A stretch of DNA of 64,000 bases, from the NCBI GenBank assembly GCA_048938105.1, contig JBHLMN010000026.1:1-64000 (forward strand). Reading direction: 5' to 3'. The notes below the pieces were generated by a model. That model saw only the letters and a list, made by a program, of their open reading frames with translations, was not told the origin of the DNA and did not search any database. Shown in pieces: positions 57,829-64,000 of this stretch (positions are counted from its first letter, which is position 1; every line of letters begins with the position of its first letter). The stretch comes from Promethearchaeota archaeon. Its GTDB lineage: Archaea > Asgardarchaeota > Heimdallarchaeia > Hodarchaeales > Hodarchaeaceae. Both the position numbers and the translations under genes were made by a program.

Positions 57829-59211
57829 ATGATACCTCGAGAAGTAAAAAAAGAATTGATGAAGTTTGTACGAAGGGAGGTGAAAGAGAAAGGCGCTGAA
57901 TGGGGAGAATTACGTCGTATTAAAAGACTGATTGTCATCAAAAAGGGACTACCAAGTGTACCGAACTTAGTTATCGCAACTGATGCAGGTCTATCTTATG
58001 TGGTATTAATCCATTGGAAAAAGGAGATCCGTCTTTATCTTTTTAACGCAGAAGGAATTATGCTTCATGGACATTCTTATTTCTCCTCTTTTGAAGAGGT
58101 ATCAAAAGATCTTTACTCTAAATCAAAAAAAATAGCTCGTTATCCTCCTCCCAAAAAGATTCTCACTCATGCCCAACAGAATTATCAACTAGACAAAAAA
58201 TTTCAACGAGTTTGGGTTCGATTAGCAAAAATATTAAAAATTCCTAAAACTAAGCGTCGCCAACGTCCATTAATTAAAGGACTAATGCGAGATGCTGAAG
58301 GAATCTTCGGTACCAAGTTTGATAAAGGTTTCATTTACATTCCTTATAAAAGTTCAAAATTGGGAGAGATATTTTATTATTATTCCCTTTTTTCCTTCCT
58401 CCCTTCTTCAATAAAACAAAATAAGCCTCTAGCTGAGGCTATAGCTGTTAAATTACTAATTTCCTTCAAAAAAATTAATTACAGATCTATAATTGAAAAT
58501 CATGATTCACTCGAAATTCTTCAAAAAATGAATCCATGGGATTCATTAAAGCCTTTAACTATTTTGAATCTCTTGAAAAAGATAACTATGTATTATAGTA
58601 ACACATGGAGAACACAAGATTTTCTCTCTTTGTTAGAATTACCCCTGAACCTTATTAAAACTCCTTCTCGTAAAAATTTACCTGAAATATTCTGCCAATT
58701 ATTTACTATTAGCCAGAATGAAGCTTTTCATAATTTAGCTAATATTCTTGGACTACCCTTTAACATTGAATGCACTATTTCACGAAAAATTTCCGAAGAT
58801 TCTTCCGTATTGTTAACCTGGTTAAGAAATTGGCAAATCTCTACTGTGCTTTCTTATTTGCAAAAGGATTATTTAGAAATAACTAAAGGTCGGTTCCGAG
58901 CAATAGAAGAAGCCATGAATTTTCTATATGCAAATGTATTGCAGGTAGAATTAACTAAGAAAGGATTATTTGAAATTAGGAATAAGTCAGATACCCCAAT
59001 TATTCTAACATCAGCAATACAAATTTTACCAAATGGAACTGAATCAGAGATCGTATTTCAAAAAATCCATCTCAAAGCAAATTCTACAATTTTATTTGAT
59101 TTAAATTCCTTAAATATTACAGAACAATATCCTCTACGTATCCAATATTTACTGGTGAGATCAATCGAGGACATTTCTCGTCCAGTTTTTACTGGGACTC
59201 TAATTCTTTAG
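57829..59211 (+). CDS. Hypothetical basic protein (460 aa)
   Basis: Long ORF filling the gap; no motif recognised. Confidence 0.7.
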   Translation: MIPREVKKELMKFVRREVKEKGAEWGELRRIKRLIVIKKGLPSVPNLVIATDAGLSYVVLIHWKKEIRLYLFNAEGIMLHGHSYFSSFEEVSKDLYSKSKKIARYPPPKKILTHAQQNYQLDKKFQRVWVRLAKILKIPKTKRRQRPLIKGLMRDAEGIFGTKFDKGFIYIPYKSSKLGEIFYYYSLFSFLPSSIKQNKPLAEAIAVKLLISFKKINYRSIIENHDSLEILQKMNPWDSLKPLTILNLLKKITMYYSNTWRTQDFLSLLELPLNLIKTPSRKNLPEIFCQLFTISQNEAFHNLANILGLPFNIECTISRKISEDSSVLLTWLRNWQISTVLSYLQKDYLEITKGRFRAIEEAMNFLYANVLQVELTKKGLFEIRNKSDTPIILTSAIQILPNGTESEIVFQKIHLKANSTILFDLNSLNITEQYPLRIQYLLVRSIEDISRPVFTGTLIL

Positions 59212-59398
59212 GTCTACTGGAGCCATATTGTGAATATTATATGATGTTAATTTTATAAGGAATTTTAGTGAATAAAAAAATGTTTATATTTATTCAACGT
59301 ATTATTAAGAATAGAAACACTCAAATCAGCAGCTTTTGAAACTCTAGAGCTCCTCTCCTTCTTTATTGTGATTTATAATTCAAAGACGAGGAATTTAT

Positions 59399-61228
59399 TT
59401 GATAACAGGAACAAAGATTCCAGAAGATGAACAGAATTTTTCGAATATTAATATATTTAATCTGCTTCCTGATCCTGCGTTTTTGTTTAAACAAAAACCT
59501 GATGAAATAGTCATTTTAGAAAAAATAAATGAATCAGTTTATACCAAATTGGGTAAAAAATTCAAAAAATGTATAGGAAAAGAACTCAAACAGATTTCTG
59601 CGTTTAACTCAAATATTACATCAATAGTTAAGAGAGTTATTGAAACAGGAGAGCCAGTGAGGGAAGAAATTAGACAGGATAATATTTCTGAAGGAAATAA
59701 ACTGGGGATTGAATCAACAGAGCAAATTTATCTCACTGATTTTGTCAAATTTGGTAACAATGGTGTATTAATGCTTACCAAAGACATCACCAAACTTAAA
59801 CAGGCTGAGAGAGATTTTCTTGAGAGTCAGGAATTTAATTTTGGATTACTTGCTGAATATGCTCCTCTTGGGTTGATGGTACTCTCCCAAAACGGAACCA
59901 TCAAGTATACTAACCCCAAGTCAACACGTCAATTGGGTTTTTCAGAAAAAAAAATACAGAATGTCATCGGAAAAAGCGTTTTTGAATTACCTATTATTGA
60001 AACTAATCAAGAAATTAAAGATGGGATCCAAAAATTACTTTATGGAGAGCCCCTTGTTAGATTGGAGATTAAAAATTCAAAAGGAACCCCCTTGTCATTT
60101 TTTGGGAGTCCTCGATTTGCACCAGATGGTTCTGTTAATGGTGCTGTCTTTATGTACTTAGATTCTGTACGACTCGAAGAAATGCAAGCTGCTCTTAAGG
60201 AAAGGGAAGATTATAATTTTAATTTACTCGGAGAATATTCTCCGTTAGGTATTGTTAATTTAAATACTGAAGGTGTCATTACCTTTGCAAACCCTACCTC
60301 TACAAAGCTGTTTGGATGGACGGACGGGCAGGTATCTTTGGTAGAAGGTAAAAATATCCTCGAAATTCCTTATATATCTAAAGTGCCTGAAATTTCTGAT
60401 AAAATTAACCAATTACTTGAAGGGGAGCCATTAGTCGGCCTAGAATTTCCCGTAAGTTTTATGGGAAAAGAAAGAGTACTTAGGGCTTATGGTTCCCCTC
60501 ATTACAACCCTAATGGACTTCTCAATGGCGCTATCCTGATGTATGCTGATATTACTGATTTAAAAGAAACACAAGAGAAGCTCCGAAGGCAAAAAGAGGA
60601 ACTCAGCGAGTTTGCTCATCAGATGAGTCATGATCTTACAACTCTGATTGTTAGTATTCTTGGTTACTCAGAACTATTAAACAAGGAATATAATCCAATT
60701 TTCGTAAAAAAAATTTCAAAAAACGCAAAAAGAATGCAAACTTTCCTTAAAGCTAGCTTAGAATTAGCTGATGCAGGAAAAGTAATCGAGAAGAAAAACA
60801 ATGAGAAACTAAGTGAAATAATAGATGAGGTTGCTGAAATAGTTATCCCTAGTAGCATCACCTTTCAGAGAGACGATGATTTACCCATAGTTTTTTGTGA
60901 CAGAGAGAAAACTGCCCAAATCTTCTTAAATCTGTTCAAAAACGCTGTTATTCACGGAAAACCGAATGAAATAGAAGTAAAGTGTATTTATTCTGAAAAG
61001 ATGAGGGAGAGAGCAGCTACAATTCTTATAACTAATGATGGGACACAGATTTCCGTAAAAACACGAGAAAGGATCTTTAAGAGAGGTTTTACTACAAGAA
61101 AGAATGGTACTGGTTTTGGGTTTCATATTATTAGAAAACTATGTGAGGCACATTCATGGCAGTTTGATTTGGATCCATCTCCAAAGACCACCTTTAGGAT
61201 TTTCATTCCACAAATTCAGCCTGGTTGA
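59399..61228 (+). CDS. Cytoplasmic multi-PAS sensor histidine kinase
   Basis: Repeated PAS units (EYAPLG/EYSPLG...NP...NGA); H-box FAHQMSHDL, N-box LFKNA, F/G2 GFTT...GTGFG. Confidence 0.9.
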   Translation: MITGTKIPEDEQNFSNINIFNLLPDPAFLFKQKPDEIVILEKINESVYTKLGKKFKKCIGKELKQISAFNSNITSIVKRVIETGEPVREEIRQDNISEGNKLGIESTEQIYLTDFVKFGNNGVLMLTKDITKLKQAERDFLESQEFNFGLLAEYAPLGLMVLSQNGTIKYTNPKSTRQLGFSEKKIQNVIGKSVFELPIIETNQEIKDGIQKLLYGEPLVRLEIKNSKGTPLSFFGSPRFAPDGSVNGAVFMYLDSVRLEEMQAALKEREDYNFNLLGEYSPLGIVNLNTEGVITFANPTSTKLFGWTDGQVSLVEGKNILEIPYISKVPEISDKINQLLEGEPLVGLEFPVSFMGKERVLRAYGSPHYNPNGLLNGAILMYADITDLKETQEKLRRQKEELSEFAHQMSHDLTTLIVSILGYSELLNKEYNPIFVKKISKNAKRMQTFLKASLELADAGKVIEKKNNEKLSEIIDEVAEIVIPSSITFQRDDDLPIVFCDREKTAQIFLNLFKNAVIHGKPNEIEVKCIYSEKMRERAATILITNDGTQISVKTRERIFKRGFTTRKNGTGFGFHIIRKLCEAHSWQFDLDPSPKTTFRIFIPQIQPG

Positions 61229-61235
61229 GAAATTA

Positions 61236-61757
61236 TTATTTAGCTTCTCTTTTCTCCCATTCTTGTCTTAGCATGATCCTTTTAACATCTGTTAAATGAT
61301 CTGTTGCAAGGATACCATGTAAGTGATCTGTTTCATGTTGAATCAATTCTGACATATCATCCTCGAACTCCTTCTCCTGCTTTTTTCCTCTTTCATCTTG
61401 ATATTCTATTCTTATGTTCTTATGACGTAGAATTTCAACGAAAAAAGCTACATCAAAACTATAACAGCTATCCCATACCCAGAATTTCTCTTCGCTTTTG
61501 AAAATAATTTTTGGATTTACCATTGCAAAGGATTTCTTGGGAAGACCGTAATAAATAACCTTTTTCATATGACCTATTTGTGGAGCAGCTAGAGCCCTAC
61601 CAATTTTCTTAGATTCTTGAAGATGTGTAAGCGTATCCTTTAAATCTTGTATTATTTCTATTAGGCTTTCTCCAAAGTCAGAGATATCAGAGGAATGTTC
61701 TCTGAGTTTTGGATTCCCAATCATTAAAACCTCTTTTAGTGCCAAACGAATCACCAT
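61236..61757 (-). CDS. def: Peptide deformylase-like protein
   Basis: GNPKLR, ALAAPQIG, VNP, DSCYS, QHETDHLHG. Confidence 0.85.
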   Translation of the reverse strand: MVIRLALKEVLMIGNPKLREHSSDISDFGESLIEIIQDLKDTLTHLQESKKIGRALAAPQIGHMKKVIYYGLPKKSFAMVNPKIIFKSEEKFWVWDSCYSFDVAFFVEILRHKNIRIEYQDERGKKQEKEFEDDMSELIQHETDHLHGILATDHLTDVKRIMLRQEWEKREAK

Positions 61758-61788
61758 TCATTGCATTAGTTGTGTTTTGAAGATTTTA

Positions 61789-62652
61789 TTAATATCTTTT
61801 TGAATCTAGAAGCTCCGTGAGTTTATCTAGATTCACATCTCTCTTATAAAGCGGATCTTTGTTAGTTTTGTATATTGGAAGATTTTCTTCAAAAGTGAAT
61901 TTTGTGGTTGTATAAAAAACACCTAGGGGGATCTTTCCTTTCTCTGTTGCCCGTTTGAAAGCTTCAACTTTATTTTTGGGATCATGAGATTCTTCTAAAT
62001 AGTAAATGTTCTCTTTAAACCATTTCCATGTATTTATTCTGTTAAATGAAACACATGGTTGCAATATATCCACAAATGAATATCCTTTATGAGAAATTGC
62101 TACTTTAATTATTTCTTTTGTTTTCTCTTGATCTCCAACGAATACACGCGCTACAAATGCTGCATCAAGAGCTATTGCTAAAGCAATTGGATTAAATGGT
62201 TCGTTTGTTACTCCTTGGACTTGAACAGGGGTAATAAAACCAAATTGACTCGTAGGAGAGGCTTGGCCTTTAGTCAGACCATAAACCATATTGTCATGAG
62301 CAAGATGGACAATGTTAGGATTTCTAAGGATATTATGAATGAAGTGATTACCTCCTTCTCCAAAGGAACATCCGTCTCCAGTTTCAACAATCACTTTAAG
62401 AGTAGGGTTTACAGCTTTTATTGCGAATGCAGCAGCTACTGCTCGTCCGTGAAGACCATTATATATATTTGTTCGAAGGTAATGAGGAGTTTTGGCAGCT
62501 TGACCAATACCTGAAACCATTACCATTTCTTCTGGTCTAATATTTAGCTCTTTTAGTGCTGATTTTACTATACGAAGAATTCCAAAGTTACCACACCCAG
62601 GACACCAAGCAATGTCAGTATCTTTGGGCATATCAAATATTTCAGTTGTCAA
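61789..62652 (-). CDS. 2-oxoacid:ferredoxin oxidoreductase beta subunit
   Basis: WCPGCG, SGIGQ, LHGR, GDG...N[13 protein letters not shown], QPCVSFN. Confidence 0.95.
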   Translation of the reverse strand: MTTEIFDMPKDTDIAWCPGCGNFGILRIVKSALKELNIRPEEMVMVSGIGQAAKTPHYLRTNIYNGLHGRAVAAAFAIKAVNPTLKVIVETGDGCSFGEGGNHFIHNILRNPNIVHLAHDNMVYGLTKGQASPTSQFGFITPVQVQGVTNEPFNPIALAIALDAAFVARVFVGDQEKTKEIIKVAISHKGYSFVDILQPCVSFNRINTWKWFKENIYYLEESHDPKNKVEAFKRATEKGKIPLGVFYTTTKFTFEENLPIYKTNKDPLYKRDVNLDKLTELLDSKRY

Positions 62653-62663
62653 TTTAACTACCC

Positions 62664-64000
62664 CTATATTTTGTCAAGATATGCTATAACTTCCTCTACA
62701 GAGAAAGGCATACCATTGTATTTGAGAAATTTCTCATCTACGTTAAAATCAAGTTCCAATTTGAGTACTTTACCAAATTGTGATGTTGCATTGTTTTCTA
62801 GGATAATTGTTTTCTCTGCTTTTACTAGATACTCACGAATCTTAGGATTTAATGGATAAACCTGTGAGAAGTGAAGGAATGCAATATCATCCTTACCAAG
62901 ATCTTCAATGGCTTCCTTAATAACACCGTAAGTAGACCCCCACCCTATCACGAGTTTCTTATAATCTTTGTTTCCTATTAATTTTGGTTCTATAATCTCT
63001 TTTTTAAGCAATTTGAGTTTTTTATAAAGCCTCTTTTCAACCATCCTTGGTCTAATCTCATGAACATCTTCAGTAATATGACCATCTTCATCGTGCTCAT
63101 CACTGTCGACATTTACAAGACCTTCCCCATAACCAGGAATTCCCCTAGGGGAAATTCCATCATCAGTGATCTGATACCGGTTATAGTCGCGATTTGTTTT
63201 CACAATATATTTGTCTTTTTTTATGTTGGATAAGTCTAAATTTGGGATAGAATAGTGTGAATCAAGGAAAAACTGGTCTGTTAATATGAAAACTGGGATT
63301 TGATATTTATCTGCGAGATTAAATGCTTTTTGGGTTAAATTGAAGGCATCTTCTGGCGTTCCAGGTGCTAGAATAACCCTCGCAAATTCACCATGACCTG
63401 CATTTAAAACATGTTGTAAATCTTCTTGACCAGTTCTGGTGGGTAATCCTGTCGCTGGACCAGGGCGTTGGCCGATATGGAGAACCATTGGCGTTTCAAG
63501 CATACCCGCTAATGACACTCCTTCAGTCATTAATGCAAAGCCTCCTCCAGATGTTGTTATCATTGCTCTTCCGCCAGCATACCATGCGGCAATACCTTTA
63601 TTGATGGCTGCTATTTCATCTTCAGCTTGATCAACTATTATGTCAAAAGTCTCTGCATGTTGAGACAAGAACACAAGGACACTTGTGCTTGGTGACATTG
63701 GATATGAACTAATAAAATTACATCCTCCTGCAATCGCCCCAATTCCAATAGCTTCAGCTCCACTTAAAACAATGTCATTAAGTACTGAATCATCTTTGTG
63801 AAGCGGATTCTTAAACTTTCCAGAAGAAACCAGATCAAGACCTATTAAATAGCCTCTTTTACATGCTTCGATATTCTGTTGAACTATTTTACTCCCTTTT
63901 GAAATAAATCGCTTAGAAAGATAACTCTGTGATATCTCTTCTTTAACCTCAAAAAATGCTAAAAATACTCCCACTGCCGCAATGTTAGTAAAGATAGTTC
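62664..64000 (-). CDS. 2-oxoacid:ferredoxin oxidoreductase alpha subunit (5' part beyond window)
   Basis: [42 protein letters not shown]. Confidence 0.93.
   Translation of the reverse strand, partial: TIFTNIAAVGVFLAFFEVKEEISQSYLSKRFISKGSKIVQQNIEACKRGYLIGLDLVSSGKFKNPLHKDDSVLNDIVLSGAEAIGIGAIAGGCNFISSYPMSPSTSVLVFLSQHAETFDIIVDQAEDEIAAINKGIAAWYAGGRAMITTSGGGFALMTEGVSLAGMLETPMVLHIGQRPGPATGLPTRTGQEDLQHVLNAGHGEFARVILAPGTPEDAFNLTQKAFNLADKYQIPVFILTDQFFLDSHYSIPNLDLSNIKKDKYIVKTNRDYNRYQITDDGISPRGIPGYGEGLVNVDSDEHDEDGHITEDVHEIRPRMVEKRLYKKLKLLKKEIIEPKLIGNKDYKKLVIGWGSTYGVIKEAIEDLGKDDIAFLHFSQVYPLNPKIREYLVKAEKTIILENNATSQFGKVLKLELDFNVDEKFLKYNGMPFSVEEVIAYLDKI

Noticed and set aside
3179-63630. Numerous 60-120-aa ORFs overlapping larger genes in the track
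   Set aside because: Antisense or alternate-frame shadows of well-supported CDSs with no motifs.

Overview
A 64-kb, AT-rich archaeal chromosomal window. Gene content points to Asgard archaea, probably Heimdallarchaeia/Hodarchaeales (inference from the Rab-like GTPase, PGF-type C-terminal anchors, TrmB and A/V-type ATPase subunits). The left end holds the 3' part of an IS607-family element: tnpA with an internal stop, an intact tnpB, and the right end/omegaRNA. A second, stand-alone 164-bp copy of that right end/omegaRNA lies 803 bp downstream with a different guide, and a GIY-YIG gene sits between the copies. Next come pyrimidine/purine amidohydrolases and a TrmB-linked trehalose/maltose-type ABC locus with beta-PGM-GH65 and two inverted solute-binding paralogues sharing a 203-bp identical block. 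Then nadB, an unlisted 54-aa RPC34/TFE-beta-like Fe-S microprotein, a B12 radical SAM enzyme and an ABC-2 exporter. An accessory, pseudogene-rich zone (about 27.9-36 kb) carries surface proteins and a structured intergenic element. The right half has thiolase, a Rab-like GTPase, acyl-CoA dehydrogenase-ETF, enolase, PEP synthase, a Cys-less group-4-hydrogenase-like subunit plus ferredoxin divergent from an A0/V0 (I-C-K) module without catalytic subunits, a xanthine-dehydrogenase-family operon with a C-terminally extended MoaD/SAMP, a PAS histidine kinase, a peptide deformylase-like protein and 2-oxoacid:ferredoxin oxidoreductase. I saw no CRISPR array, tRNA or rRNA. All calls are by eye from motifs; no database searches were run.
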